From assembly GCF_018350175.1 (NCBI RefSeq), contig NC_058383.1, positions 14,634,001 through 14,698,000 on the forward strand: DNA of 64,000 nt. The letters run 5' to 3'. The position numbers and the translations under genes are program-made. Shown one piece after another: positions 35,726 through 49,071 of the stretch. Source of the stretch: Felis catus. Lineage: Eukaryota. A model generated the notes under the pieces. The model did not search any database and had not been told where the DNA came from. It saw only the letters and a list, made by a program, of their open reading frames with translations. Each line of letters starts with the position of its first letter. Within the stretch, counting starts at the first letter, position 1.

Positions 35726-35770
35726 AATAACTACATGAGTAAATAGACTTTCATGGTAAATATGAATGAG

Positions 35771-35985
35771 GGGGTGCCTGGTGGCTCAGTTGGTTAAGGG
35801 TCCGACTCTTGGTTTTGCCTTGGGTCATGATCTTGCGGTTTGTGAGTTCCAGCCCCACGTCGGGCTCTACACTAGTGGTGTGGAACCTGCCTGAGATTCT
35901 CTCCCTTTCCCTCTCTTTCCATCCCCTGCTTGCTCCCTCTCTCACTCTCTCAAAATAAATAAGCATTTAAAAAAAATAATAAAAA
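35771..35985 (+). mobile_element. CanSINE
   Basis: TSD aaatatgaatgag at ~35758 and ~35984. Confidence 0.93.
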
Positions 35986-36139
35986 ATATGAATGAGAAAT
36001 ATAGCGTATTATTCCCCCTACTGGAAATTAGAAATATAATTAGTATAAATGTTTCGGACCAGTCTTGTAGTCAAAAAATCAGTTGAATTTTCCATAGGGT
36101 GGTGTTTGCCAATAATTAAACAGGGAAACCTTTTCTCAG

Positions 36140-36900
36140 GTGATACTGTCTCAGCCACTGAGGTTGTCCCCAACCTGTCTTATCCCAGGTAGGCATGTGA
36201 CTCACTTTTGACCAAAGAGACATGCTGTGATGTCTGCTGGGGGTCCTGGGAAGCATTTTGTCCTTGAGAGACAGAGCACCACAGAAAGAGAAGACCCCTC
36301 TTTAAGCTCTGGGCACCATCAGGTCTAGATGTGATGTCTGGAACAGCCACAATCATCTTGTTACTGGCACGAAAATGACACTGTTCTTGTCACTATGCTT
36401 TGTCTCTGCTCTACAATGTCTGGGGTCTATTTGGAAAAAGACTGGAAAGCTGGGGTGGCTTGACAGTTGTGGCCGAATCATCTGAAGGCTTGTTCACTCA
36501 CGTGTCTGGTGGATCTGAGGAAGATTCCAAGACCAGCGTTGCCAAGGATGGAGCCTACCCATGACCACTTCATGTGGCTTAGCTTCCTCACAGCATGGCT
36601 GCCACAGCATGGCCGCCACAGCATGGCAGGCAGTTGGACTTCTCGCGTGGCAACTCAGGGCTCCGAGTGGGACTGTTCCGGCAAACAAGGTGGATGCTGC
36701 CTGGCTTTTCTGACCTAGCGGTGCATCATTTCCACTGAATTCTGTTGGTTAAAACAAGTCACAAGCCCACCAGACTCAAGGGAGTGAGAAGGTGGACCAC
36801 CTCTCTACAGGGAGATTGCCAAGGTCATGCTGCAGAACATGTAGTGCTACGGCCATATTTGGAGAACACCATCTATATTTGGAGAACACCATCTGTGTAG
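36140..36900. mobile_element. Old MaLR LTR fragments (MLT1-type, probably two nested elements)
   Basis: gcatgtgactcacttttgaccaaagagac; cagccacaatcatcttg; gaatcatctgaaggcttgttcactcacgtgtctgg; agcttcctcacagcatggctgcc; caagtcacaagcccaccagactcaaggg. Confidence 0.65.
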
Positions 36901-36978
36901 GCATCAACACAAAGGAGGAGGAAGGGGGTCAAAGCTGCTGACTCAACCAACCCTGAAGCTCCTTCTACCCCACGCTTC

Positions 36979-37194
36979 TTTTCTTTTTTTTAATGTTTTT
37001 ATTTATTTTTGAGACAGAGAGAGACAGAGCATGAACGGGGGAGGGGCAGAGAGAGGGAGACACAGAATCTGAAACAGGCTCCAGGCTCCAAGCTGTCAGC
37101 ACAGAGCCCGACGCGGGGCTCAAACTCACGGACCGTGAGATCATGACCTGAGCGGGAGTCGGACGCTTAACCGACTGAGCCACCCAGGCGCCCC
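36979..37194 (-). mobile_element. CanSINE
   Basis: Consensus; TSD ccacgcttct. Confidence 0.95.
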
Positions 37195-37389
37195 TCAACT
37201 CCACGCTTCTGTTCACTGAGATACTTCCTTACCGCTTCAGCCAGTTCAAGTTGGTGTTTTGGCTGCTTGCAACAAAAAAGCATTCTAACAGAAACAGATA
37301 TTGATATCCTGCAGAGCCAAGTGCATGGAGAAAACCGTCCAGAGAATGCTTGTATGTCGGTAAAGAATGCACAGGTTCCTGGAAGGCAG

Positions 37390-37570
37390 ATCTGTGGTTT
37401 AATTGCTGAGTCTTCTTGGGCATTTACTGAATCTCTCAAAGCCGAGCCTCAGTGTCCTTATCTGTAAATGGGAATAATAATCCTAATAGGGTCGTAGGGA
37501 GGATGGAACGAACCTGCATCTATAAAATGCTTATTGTTGTCCCCGGCACAGAGGAAACCATAAATGACAG
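37390..37570 (+). mobile_element. MIR remnant
   Basis: gagcctcagtgtccttatctgtaaatgggaataataatcc...atagggtcgtagggaggat. Confidence 0.8.
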
Positions 37571-37653
37571 CCTACACCAGCCCTGTTCTGCGGTCGAGTA
37601 TGTGGCAGCATTTTGGGGAAAAGCCACATTTAGGATGTATCCTTTCTATTACC

Positions 37654-37657
<4 letters not shown>

Positions 37658-37693
<36 letters not shown>
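37658..37693. repeat. (TG)n microsatellite
   Basis: Directly visible. Confidence 0.95.
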
Positions 37694-37695
<2 letters not shown>

Positions 37696-39849
37696 CTAGG
37701 TTTTTATTGAAGTGCTCTTCCTTCCCCTCTGAAAGAATGCCCTTTTAAAAGGAAGAAAATCGTGGACGCCTTTGTCACAAAATGACAGCCAAGGGATCTT
37801 TATTGTCTTAGTGCCAGAATCCTGTCAAAAGCAGAAATCCAGCCAAACCTAGTTAAGCAACAAACAGGGGCTGTTTTAAAAGGATACAAGTGTGTGTGTG
37901 GTGGGGGGGGGGGCGGGGGGGGCCGGTGGTGACACTGAATCCTAGGAGAGGAAGCGAAGGATAGGACAGTAGTTCTCAGGACCCAAGGGCTGCCGTCCTC
38001 CCTCGGGTGACTAAAAGCGGAACATGGGGACCACCTCCCTTCCCCCAGAAGGCAGCCGTCACTCCCTGTCCCTTCCCGGGCTTTAAGACCCTCAGTTCTT
38101 TCTGTCTCTCTGTACCCATGGCTGGAAGGGGCCCCGCTCGGTTCACGCCAACAAAGACTGAACGTAATCACGGGGTGGGGGCGGGGGGCAATTGCAGCAA
38201 GAACACCACCTCCCAGCCCATCCTGGTCTAAGGCTCACCCTGGGTTCTGGATGTTCTATGAGGGAGAAGTGTTTGGCTCCTACCTCATGTAGAGGGACTG
38301 GGGGTAGGCTGGGCATATCTGGTCACGTGACGGCCTTGGAAGGGCAGGATTCACTGGGCGTGACATTTGGAGAATCACAGCTTGAGCATGGGAACTTGGA
38401 TGATTCAAGAAAGAAATGCCAGGCCGCCCTGCTGGGGCTGCTTGTGTCTCCCCACAAGGGAGTACACAAGTGGGGGGGGCTCTGCACTGTCCCACGAGCT
38501 GACCCCAATGCTCCCGGTGGCCCTTTCAAATTTCTCCTCGGATGTTGACAGCTGCCATTTTGTGTGGGCTCCGGGAGAGCCCAAATACGTCCCCAGGGGA
38601 CTCAACACTAGTTTCAGAAAATCAGGGGATGAGTCGGAGCTCTTGGTATTTTTTTTGCCCCCGTGGCTTAGCTGATTTCTTCCTGCGATGCTGCCAGCAT
38701 GGTCGGTGGCACAAGAGCAGGGCGTCCAAGTTTACAGTCAATTCTAAATTAAGAAAACCTCAGTGCAGCCTGGAACCCAGCCAGAGAAACGCACCGGTAC
38801 ATTAGCTTCTTCCATTTGCAGCCTTTACGAATGCCAGCAAGCTGTGCTTGTTATATAGGGGGCTTTGATAACACACTAATACGCTTAGCGAGGTAAAAAT
38901 AAATAATAGGGCCTCTTGGAGCTCTCCTGGCTTTGAACACCCCCCCCACACACACACAACTATGAGTACTTCTGTAAGCAATGATTCCAAACAGCCAACA
39001 GGTCCTTCCCTGCACCCCCCGGCATTGCCTCACATCGGAGTTACACCTCCTTGGAATTGCATTTAGATTGTAACGTAACTACATTAGAATGCAACGCTGC
39101 ATTTGAGCCGAACGAAAATCTATTTCGATTTTATCTGTCTTACGATGTTTCTTGGAAAATCGGTGAAGGAAAACCCTGGACCCCCGGAATCCCGGGGTGG
39201 TGAGCGGTTTTTACTTTGTTCTCCGCTAGGCACTAATCGAGATACAGACGTGAGGATGGGCGTCCTTAAAGTAAGAAATGGGAGCAGAAAACAGGATTTG
39301 TAGTGATCGGATCCTTCGTGATTTCTACGCCGTATTCTTATTCTCCCCCACCCTTGATTAACAGGGAGACGGTCACCTTCCCCTGGTTAAATATTTCTTT
39401 ACTGTGGCTCCTGAAGAGCTCTAAGCAGTTGGGACAGCCAGCAGGTGCCCTGGACCGCCATCCTGGATTAAGAGATGCTGGATTCCCTAGTGATTCCAAC
39501 AGCGAGTTAATTCTCCATCCACCCAGAAGAGCCTTATCGGAATCAGTTTGACTTTCCCTTCCCCCCACAAGTTCTTCTGGAGCTACACCTGTCGTCACCA
39601 CTCCCTGATAGTATCAGCAACAAACAGACATAGGGACAAATACAGAAAGGGGCGGCCAACCACAGCGGTGCATCATTCATGAGTAAGAGTGAAATTAAAA
39701 AAAAAAAAAACAAAACACCAGTCCTTTCTCCATTTAAAAATAAATGTTTTAGACATATAGACAGTCTTCATTTTGTTCTTTCAGTCTGAACTGCGCCGGG
39801 CCCTGTGAGTCCTGGAAGGTTGGTCCCAGCAGCCAGGATGCCGAAGCAG

Positions 39850-40340
39850 CCCATGTGCCCAGGGCTTCTCAGGGGCAGCAGAAGCCTGGAGCGCTGAGAT
39901 GCTGGAGGCAAGGACAACCCAGTCCTAGGCCAACAGGACTTTGCAGCAGAGACTGCCTGTTGCCTAAACACTATCCGCTCTCCCCTTTGTCCTATACTGT
40001 TGAAGTGGCTAGGTGCCCAGATTGTCACAGACATAGGCAAAAGTAATGGGCAGGCTTTGGGGGGAGCGCTTGAACAGGAAGTTATGTAATTGGGCAACCT
40101 TTTCCATCCCTCCTTCCGCTTCCTTTCTGCCCAGTCCTGAGGGCTGGAGCTGCAGCAGCCATCTTGAGACAACGAGGGAAGGAGCACGGGAATTGCACCC
40201 CCCCTCCACCCCAGCCCTGACATCTTGAGCTGCTGAGGCAACAGCAAACACTGCCTCCGTAGGTGGGAAAAATAGATTCTTATGTGCTTATGTCATTATA
40301 GTTAGTACTCTCTACAGGCAGTCAGATGCAATTTCCATCT
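39850..40340 (+). mobile_element. MLT1K-like MaLR LTR remnant
   Basis: ggagctgcagcagccatcttgagacaacgaggg...ccctgacatcttgagctgctga...aatagattcttatgtgctta. Confidence 0.6.
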
Positions 40341-40986
40341 CTATACACAATCTGTCTTCCTTCCATAAAAGGCCAAACAATGGAGTTGGATGAGTCCAGC
40401 CCTGGTTGCTGTTTACTTGAGCAGGATCAAGTGGGCTTTCTGGTGTCACAGCCACGGTCTAGGAGCAAAACCTCGCAGTCCCTATCTCTGTTTGTTGTCG
40501 ACGCTATCAGGGAGTGGTGACGACAGGTGTAGCTCCAGAAAAACTTGGGGGGAAAGGAAAGAAAACGTCAAACTGATTCCGATAAGGCTCTTCTGGGTGG
40601 ATGGAGAATTAACTCACTGTTGGAATCACTAGGAAATCCAGCATCTCTAAATCCAAAGAGTCTTTATTAACTGACTCCTGTAAAGATTCAGAGAGAACTG
40701 GGGAGGGTGACAGGCGTCATTAACTAAAATGTGATAACAGGTCTGGTCATGGGGAGAGCCCCACCAAGTCACCTGTCTGTATAAAGCCCACTCCTTGAGT
40801 GACCAGGCCTTCCTGAATTTTGACTTCTCCCAGGGCTTAATTCTTTGATGCAGTAGGAAGACACAAATGAGATCAATTTCTGGCTCCAACGTGTGCTGTC
40901 AGGTGAGCATTTGTCTCAGGCAAGGGCACGGCCTTGTGAGTAGAAACACTACGGTGTCATTAAGGGGTTGAGAGTGCAAGCTCTCA

Positions 40987-41220
40987 GGGGAGCCTCAGTG
41001 GCGCAGTTAAGCCTCCGACCCTTGATCTCGGCTCAGGTCACGATCTCACAGTTCGTGAGTTCAAGCCCCACGTCAGGCTCCGCGTCGATGGTGCGGAACC
41101 TGCTTGGGATTCTGTGTCTCCTCCTCTCTCTGCCCCTCCCCTGCTGGTGCGCGCTCTCTCTCTCTCTCTCTCTCCCTCTCTCAAAATAAATAAGTAGACC
41201 TCAGAAATCGACTTAAAAAA
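40987..41220 (+). mobile_element. CanSINE
   Basis: Diverged head, (CT)n, AATAAA tail. Confidence 0.88.
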
Positions 41221-41229
41221 GGAGTGCGG

Positions 41230-41450
41230 ATTCTTGGCCATTATTCCTGGATTCAGATCTTAGCTCTGAAAGATTCAGATCTTTCCCTCGCCCTGGGGGT
41301 TTAGGACAAGCTGCTTAAGCTCAGTTCACAGCTGTAAAGTGGGGACGATCATAATACCGCGGTAGGATGCTTGTGAGGATACACCAACAGTGCCTAACAC
41401 CCCTATGGAATAAGTGAGGTACGTCCCCTGTTAATTTTCACTAATAACGA
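41230..41450 (+). mobile_element. MIR remnant
   Basis: ggacaagctgcttaagctcagttcacagctgtaaagtggggacgatcataata. Confidence 0.6.
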
Positions 41451-43567
41451 AGTTCTTCATGGGGGCACTGAGCCCCTCTTCGCTGGTTTGTAAAAGGGGG
41501 ACGCGACGGAGCTAGTCCATTGCACTCGCCTCGGGGGCTGCCGTGACATATGGCACGTTAAATGCCTGGCGAACTGCCCTGCACCAGCAGGCCCTCGAGA
41601 AATGTTCCCTTCTTCCCCTGCCTCCTCTTTCTTGTGCTGTGACTGAAGCCCGCACAGCAGATGGCCCGGGTGAGTGTGCGCGGCGGGCTTTATTTTGCGG
41701 ATTGGTATTTCAGGGGGAGGGACCGGTAAGGGCAGCAGATGGGCCCCTAGAAGGCAGGTTACTCAGGCATCCGTCTCAGCAGCTTTGGAGCCGATGGCAG
41801 CCTCGACATTCTGCTGTTGACAAGGGTGGGCCTTAAAGCGGGAGACTCCTGTCACTTCTGCACCCGGAGCGCATGGTGATATGTCTTCTCCTTCTTGGTC
41901 GGGCGGGTGAAAAGGGAGGACGCCTGATGTTCCCGGGGTGGGAGAGCTGTATTTCTGAAGCTCCACGCTTGGGGCGGATCCTCATGATGGGGCCCAACTC
42001 CCCCCCACGTCAGATGTCCCTCCATGACCTCAGCTGCCATTTGCGCTTCGAAGGGAAATGGCTTCAAGCGAGGCCCAATTTCTTCTCCGTTAGAGTCTCA
42101 CTTGACTCCTTAATAACGACCCCAAACCATGTTGTGACAGGACACGGCTCGGGTTCCAGGGTTATGCTCCGCTCACCCTGGAAAAGCTGGGTCAGGGCTA
42201 ACCGGCTTGGCGAGCGTAAATGTGGTCTCAAGCATTGGAATATCCACAGGCGGATACATAACAAATGAAGAAATAATTCAGTCATTTAAGTTGGAGCAAA
42301 TTCCCCAAATGTCTTCTTGTTATCACTCTGATGAATCAGACTCTGGAGTTCTTAGGGAATATATTAAAACAGCTAATTAAAGTGTTTGAGAAGCTGGGGA
42401 GGGATTAATATTAAGGGGACTGGAGTGACAGAGGGAACCACGGCGCTCGGCGGGAAGGGTGGAAGGTGAGAAAAGGAAGGAAACCTGAACTGAGACGTGA
42501 TCGTTAAATGGACTCTTTGCTGACCAACGTGCAATAGCTTCGTAAATTCTGCCTTAACTTAAGGATCTGTGAGTTATTGGAAGCATCACACATTGCCAAC
42601 AGGACACAACAGACTGAGCTCTGTAATGCGCCTTATTAATTTAGCTTCACAACGCTCCTGTCTCCCGAGAAGACGAGCTCAGTCTGAAAATCTATGTCAA
42701 CCGAGCTTTTGATATCGGACCTCCGTATCGACAGACTTTCGGCACACACCCTACCTGCCAGGAAGCAGGGATTGGGGGGTGGGGGCGGGCAAGGTTCCCT
42801 TCACTCTTGTCCTTCTCTAGGTGTGGCCCAGCCCTGGGCGTTTAAATAGCCCACCCCAGCTCCACTCTTACGGGCTGACGTCCGACGAAAACAAACTCTT
42901 GGCATCTTGGCGTTGTCCATGCCCAAGTCCTGGCCTTCCTTCGACCTTGTCCTCAGCTTCCCGACCTTTGTGCAAGGCTCTTTGACTTTTTGCTTAATGA
43001 CATTTTGGCTTGAACCCTTTCTCTCCAGTCGTCAACCCTAATGCAGAGGTTCATCGGCGCTTCTGGGGAACTTGTTGGAAATGGAGAGACCCTGGGGGTG
43101 GGGCCCAGCACCCAGAATCTGGGTGATTCTGACTCGTCACTTCTGGTGCTGCCCTGGGTTTTCCTGCTGGGTTCAGATGGCACTATCCTGGATCCCACCT
43201 GCTTCTGACCACTGCGAGTAACACCACCATATAGGAGGAGAGCTGTTCTCCCGCAATGACTGGGGCATTTGGGATATACCAACAAAGAATCACCCTGTGA
43301 AGAGAGAGAAACTTCTCTTTGGGTATACATTTATGTCACGGGCTCGTTGAGACCCTTCAAATGGTATATTTTTTGCAATTCTGATTCTCTTATTTTACAG
43401 AAATTGGAGGACGCTTGGGAGATGCCAGGCTGAAGTTCCAGCCAGAGCAAGGCCTTGTCCATGGTTATGAAAGTAACAACACTGACCTTTCATGAGGAAA
43501 GAAGGGCTTCCCCTTTTTTCTTTTTTTCCTGAGTAGGAAAGACAACAAGCACTGCTCCTTGAGAAGT

Positions 43568-44074
43568 TGTATTAGTGAGGGTTCTCCGGGCACACAGAAC
43601 CAACAGGAGATACGTATGTATCTCCTGTTTATTGTGAGGCTTTGGTTATACAATTCAATATAGGGAATTGGTTCATACAACTATACAGGTGGCTGACAAG
43701 ACCCAAGATCTGCAAGGTGATTTGACAAACTGGAGATCGGGGGCAAGTGATGGCATAGTTCCAGGACGAAGGCTCGAGATCTAGGAAGAGCTCGCATTTC
43801 AGTTCCCCTCTGAAGCAAGGCAAAAAAGGCCAGTTAGAAAACAGCGAGGCCCGAGGAATTCTCTCTTATTTGGCTTTGATGTTCTATTCAGGCTTTTACC
43901 TGAATGGATGAGGTCCACCCACATTAGGGGGGACAGTCGGCCTGACTCAGTCTACTGATTCAAACGTTAATCGCATCCAAAAACACCCTTGCAGACACAC
44001 AGAGAACAGTATTAGACCAAATATCTGAGCACACTGTGGCCCAGTCAAGTTGACACATGCAATTAACCGTCACA
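43568..44074 (-). mobile_element. MLT2 (ERVL) solo LTR
   Basis: tgtattagtgagggttctcc...cagaaccaacagga; tggcccagtcaagttgacacatgcaattaaccgtcaca terminus. Confidence 0.9.
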
Positions 44075-45346
44075 GAAGTGAAGTCAGTTTCAAGTATGAC
44101 AGTAAGAATAGGCACCCCAGGAGACGAATGCCTTAAAAACGCCGCTTCCTGTACATTGTTCTAGTTAAGAAAGGACTACAAACTGTGTCAGAGTAGTCAG
44201 AAATGAAGCATGCTCCATTAATCAGAAGAAAGGATGATAGATCAACTTTCACAGAACAGCACCAAATTTATGCTTTGCCAATTGAATTGGGTGCCAGCAG
44301 CCATCTTGAAACTGAGTGGCCTCTTCAGTTCAAGAACCGAGTTTGGAATCTGACTGATACCCAGAAGGCCAAAGAGGGAGACAAAGAAGAATTCATACAT
44401 TCCGTGCTCTGGAATCACCACCCCAGTCTAGCTCTTTCCTCTTTGAAGGATAAACAGGAAAAAAAAAAAAAAAAAAAACACCAAAGAATCTTTCAAAGAA
44501 CATTTCTGTGCCGTGAAAATAGAGGTACCCATAGAGGCAGAGAAAAGGCGTAACACTCAGAAGGTTCATCACAAAGGAAAAGCTCACAAAGCATTTATTT
44601 TGTGTTTGACTTGAAAAACACACGTGCACACACACGTACCCATGCACCCCACAAGATTTTATCTATGAGGCAGGTTCTAAAAACATCATAGGAAAAACAG
44701 CAGCAGAGGTAATAAAAGCAGGGCCAACGATGTTAAACTCTGACTCAGGTTTTAGAAAACAAACTTGGAAAGTTCACCAGAAATGCAGAGCTAAAGGACA
44801 GAGAGGAAAACGATGATGACCTGGCCCGGAACTGCTTGCCAATCAAAAGCATAGCTGAAGAAGAAAGCAGAAGAGAAGCCGTAACCAGACACGTGTCAGC
44901 AGATTGACAGAGTTCATTATCGCTCATAGAAATTTCAACGAATAAGAAAGCACTCCAAGATAGTCAGATACAGCGTCGGCACACAAAAATCAACACTTTC
45001 CCATCATCGATGGTAACTCACTAGTGAACGTAGTGGTAAAACAGACGCCATTTTGTTACAGAAAAAAACTGAAGTACCTAGGAATAAATCTAAGAAGACA
45101 CCATTAAAATAGTCATAAAGGCCATATAAGAACTCTTTGATAAAGTGAGAGAAACAGTGTATTCATGGATGAAAAGCCCCCAAAAGACTTGATATGTCAA
45201 ATATATCCGTTATGAAATGAATGAACCATTCAATTCAATCCCAATCAAAACCCTCACAAGATTTGTCATGGAAATAGTAAATTGATCCTAAAATATATAT
45301 GACAAAGAAAATAAGCAGGAAGAGCCAAGATAAAAAAAATAAAAGA

Positions 45347-45535
45347 GGGGCGCCTGGGTGGCTCAGTTGGTTGGGGAGCCAAGTCTTGATTTTGGCTCAG
45401 GTCATGACCTCATGGTTTGTGGGATTGAGTCCCATGTTGGGCTCCCCGCTAACAGCACCTGCTTGAGACCCTCTCTCTCCCTCTCTCTTCCCTGCTCACG
45501 CTGTCTCCCTCTCTAAATAAATGAACATTAAAAGT
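45347..45535 (+). mobile_element. CanSINE
   Basis: ggggcgcctgggtggctcagttggtt head. Confidence 0.9.
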
Positions 45536-46298
45536 TTTGGAAAATGTAACAGAGCAGAGACTGACACTAACAGATATCCGGATATATCATAAAACCTACA
45601 TAGGCAAATAGAATAGAGTCTAGATCAGTGGAATGGTAGGTGGAGTTCAGAAATACACCAACGATATATAAGAATTTAGCATGAAGGTCGCATTTCAAAT
45701 CACTTAGGTTAAGGATTCTGTGGAATTGGGATAACAGCCTATTTGGGAGGTAAAAAAGACACATGCTTATAATATTTATATTGCACATAGATGAAATACA
45801 CATAAAATTTCTAAAACAGAAGCAAATATAATGCATATATAATTATATAAAATATATTACTAGTATATTAATAACATATATGAACATACAAATATAAATA
45901 TATGTTGAGATAAATACCTTAAACAAGACAAAAACAACAGACAGAAGGAAAAGATAAAGGGCTTTAACTCAGTGAAAAATTTGAAACCTCTGCAGGGTGA
46001 AAGCAGAGTTTTGCAACATTCATAATCAGCAAGAGATTAGCTTCCAGACTATAGGAATGGGGAATAAATAGAAAAGGATAGATAAACCAAGAGTAGAGTG
46101 AATAACTGATGAGGAAATATGAGTGAACAACAAATACACGAAAAGCTGTTTAACCTTAATTAGAAATCAAAGCAACGTGAGTGAAAAACATAAGCAGCAA
46201 TTTTTAATCTATCAAATTGGTAAAAAATTTAACATTTGATGGTCTTATAGGTTGGAGAGAATGTGGCAAGAAAAGGTCTCCCATTTCAGTACAGCAAC

Positions 46299-46502
46299 TT
46301 TTTTTAAATGTTTATTTATTTTTGAGAGAAAGACAGAGTATGAGCAGGGGAGGGGCAGAGAGAGGGAGACACAGAATCCGAAGCAGGCTCCAGGCTCTGA
46401 GCTGTCAGCACAGAGCCCGATGCGGGGCTCGAACCCACGAACGGTGAGATGATGACCTGAGCTGAAGTCGGACGCTTCACCGGCTGAGCCACCCGGGCGC
46501 GC
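46299..46502 (-). mobile_element. CanSINE
   Basis: Consensus; TSD acagcaa(c/a)tttt. Confidence 0.94.
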
Positions 46503-47113
46503 CTCGGCACAGCAAATTTTAAAGGTAATTTGACAAGATCTACCAAAGTTAAGAAAGTGAGAAGCCAATAATGCCAATTTGATTTCCCTGTGTACTCCCC
46601 TAGGGAAACCCTCAAGGGTGTGTGCACGTGAAGGCAAGAATAGGCATGTTTCCTGCAGGATTTTTATCAAAGGAAAAAAACACTGGAACCCACCAGGAAA
46701 ATGGCCAGGTGAAATATATCATGTCCTTAACATGGAATCTGCACAATAGTTTAAAAGGTATGATTGCTCAGCATACTGACAAATTGTTGAGTGAAGTAAA
46801 AACAAGAATGCTAAGCAAGTATGGTATTATTTATGGAAAAAGAAAGGGAACTCAACAAAGAGTATTTTTGCCTGGGATTAAGCACAAAAGACATCCTGCA
46901 AGGATCCATACTGACGTGATAATAGTGATTAGAGACTCCTGGGGTTGGCAGGTGGGTAGCAGTCCTGAGGTGAATGTGCACACAGCAGCACAGCTAAGTC
47001 TTAAAAACACAGCTTAAAGGGACAGAATGAAATAGACTTTGTCAATTTTGACTACTGTTGTATCCCTGTGTCTACGATAGTTCCTGGCATATAGTGGGTG
47101 TTCAGTAAACATA

Positions 47114-47340
47114 TTTTTTTATTTGAGAGAGAGAGAGGGAGAGAACACAAGCAGGGGAGGGGGGAGGGAAGGAGAGAGAGAGGGGGAGGGACAGAGAGAG
47201 ACAGAGAGACAGAGAATCTTAAGCAGGCCCCACGCTCAGCACAGAGCCCAACGCAGGGCTCGATCCCGCGACCCTGAGATCATGACCTGAGCCAAAATCA
47301 AGAATCAGATGCTCAACCTACTGAGCCACCCAGGCGCCCC
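47114..47340 (-). mobile_element. CanSINE inserted in an L2 3' end
   Basis: TSD cagtaaa; flanks cctggcatatagtgggtgttcagtaaa and tttgataaatgaatga are an L2 terminus. Confidence 0.92.
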
Positions 47341-47899
47341 CAGTAAATGTTTGATAAATGAATGAGAAAACACAATACCATTTATGCCCATGAGAATTTA
47401 CATGCACTCAAAACAAAAATACAAACTTTATCCTAACAGATGTGCAATAAAATGTGACGGAGGTAAAATAGGAGTAGGAAAAGGAAATAAATTAGATGAG
47501 AGGGTTTTTTTTTTTTTTGCAAGGATCTGAGGCGATGTTGTGCCATACACTGAGAAATGTGACTAATTCAATTCTATTCCTGATGCGCAAAAATGAACAA
47601 GGGCATCTGAACTGGCAGAAAAGCAAAGATTCTTCAAACTCTAAGTGCAAGCAGGAAACCAGAGAATTAAGGTACGCTCTAAGCTAGCTTTCTTCCTAAG
47701 AGGATCTGCCAGTCGTCCCGGCCATCAGCCATGGCTTTGATGACCCTGCACGAATTGGGGACCACACAAGACGAGGGCTCTATAAGAGGTTCTGCATAAA
47801 TCCTGGGGAATCCTAAGGAGCGGACACAATGGTTGTGAAAATCGTTCATGGTATTTCTTGATTCATTCATTCCATTTTATCACTGAACAGGACTTCACT

Positions 47900-48740
47900 G
47901 CATACCTTTGCTACAATTTTGTTTACTTATAAAGTCTGTTGATGGACATTAGGTTGTTTCCGATGTGTCGCTGTGGTGATTAAGGCGGCTACGAACAATC
48001 TTGTACACGTCGTTTCATACATTTTTATTTCTCTTGGGAAATTACTTGGGAGAGAAATGCTTGGGCCATTGAGTAAATGCATGTTTAACTCTATAAAAAA
48101 TAGCCAATTTTCCAAAGTGATTGCACCATTTTTTATTGTTATCAGCAACGTATTAGAATCAGGTGTACTGTATGTTCTTGCCAACATTTGGTATTGTCAG
48201 TCTTTTACACTGTAGTCTCTTTTTGTGGACAAAAAGTGGGTAATTCATGGTTGTTTTAATTTGTGGTTTTGTATATTTTAATTTGGGAAGTGGCCAAATG
48301 CTGTGCACATTTTTATGGGGTCGTCTTTTTATTATTATTGAGTTGTTTATTATTATTATTATTATGGCTGAGTTTATTATTATTATTATTATTATTGAGT
48401 TTATTATTATTATTATTCTTGTGTTTTATTATTATTGAGTTGTTTTCTTTTTTAAAAACACTATTCTCCATACAAGTCTTTTCTCAGATAGGTGAACTGA
48501 AAATATTTTTTTTTCCTAATCTGTGGCTTACCCTTTCATATCCTTAGTGGTTCTTGTTAAAGAGCAGAAGTTTTAAATTATGTTATGTTCAGTGTATCAA
48601 TTTTTTTGTGGTTAGTGATTTTGTGTTCTGTCCAGAAACTTTTGTCTGTCTCTACATTGTAAAGACATTCACCTATTTTTTTCTGGACTCTTTACAGTTC
48701 TGGCCTTTTGGGTATATAAACCACCCTAAATTGGTGATTG
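47900..48740 (-). mobile_element. Ancient L1 fragment with internal (TTA)n expansion
   Basis: tgttgatggacattaggttgtttcc; gaaatgcttgggccattgagtaaatgcatgtttaactct; cttgccaacatttggtattgtcagtc. Confidence 0.8.
48330..48440. repeat. (TTA)n interrupted by periodic GAGT
   Basis: Directly visible. Confidence 0.9.
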
Positions 48741-49071
48741 TGTGTGTATGGGGGGGGGGAGTTGGGGGCAGAATATAGGGTAGGGGCCAAGCAGATGTTA
48801 GAATTTGAACTTAAATTTGGATCCTTGATTTTTGCTTACAAATGGTCTCCAGAAGACATCCCAAACTCATGACAGTGGTTTCCTCTGAAAAGGCAGGCAG
48901 GGGAGAGTACGGAGATGGCACACAAAAGGGGTATCAGCTAGATCAGTACTGTGTTATTTATTTTAGGAGGAAAGAAAAGGTCAGAAGCTATTATAGGAAG
49001 CTGGTGATGTTTGTTAGTTTTGCATAAGAGCTACGTTGGTGTTTGTGGAAAAGGTCTTGTTCTTCTTATTT

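Larger units (their letters stand above)
44700..46900 (+). mobile_element. Ancient L1 (L1ME-like) ORF2/3' region, interrupted by SINEs
   Basis: gaagtacctaggaataaatctaagaaga; ttcaatcccaatcaaaaccctcacaag; attgatcctaaaatatatatg; ttagaaatcaaagcaac. Confidence 0.75.

Noticed and set aside
37899..37928. Long G run (G-quadruplex potential)
   Set aside because: Homopolymer adjoining a (TG)n repeat; common and error-prone, with no supporting context.
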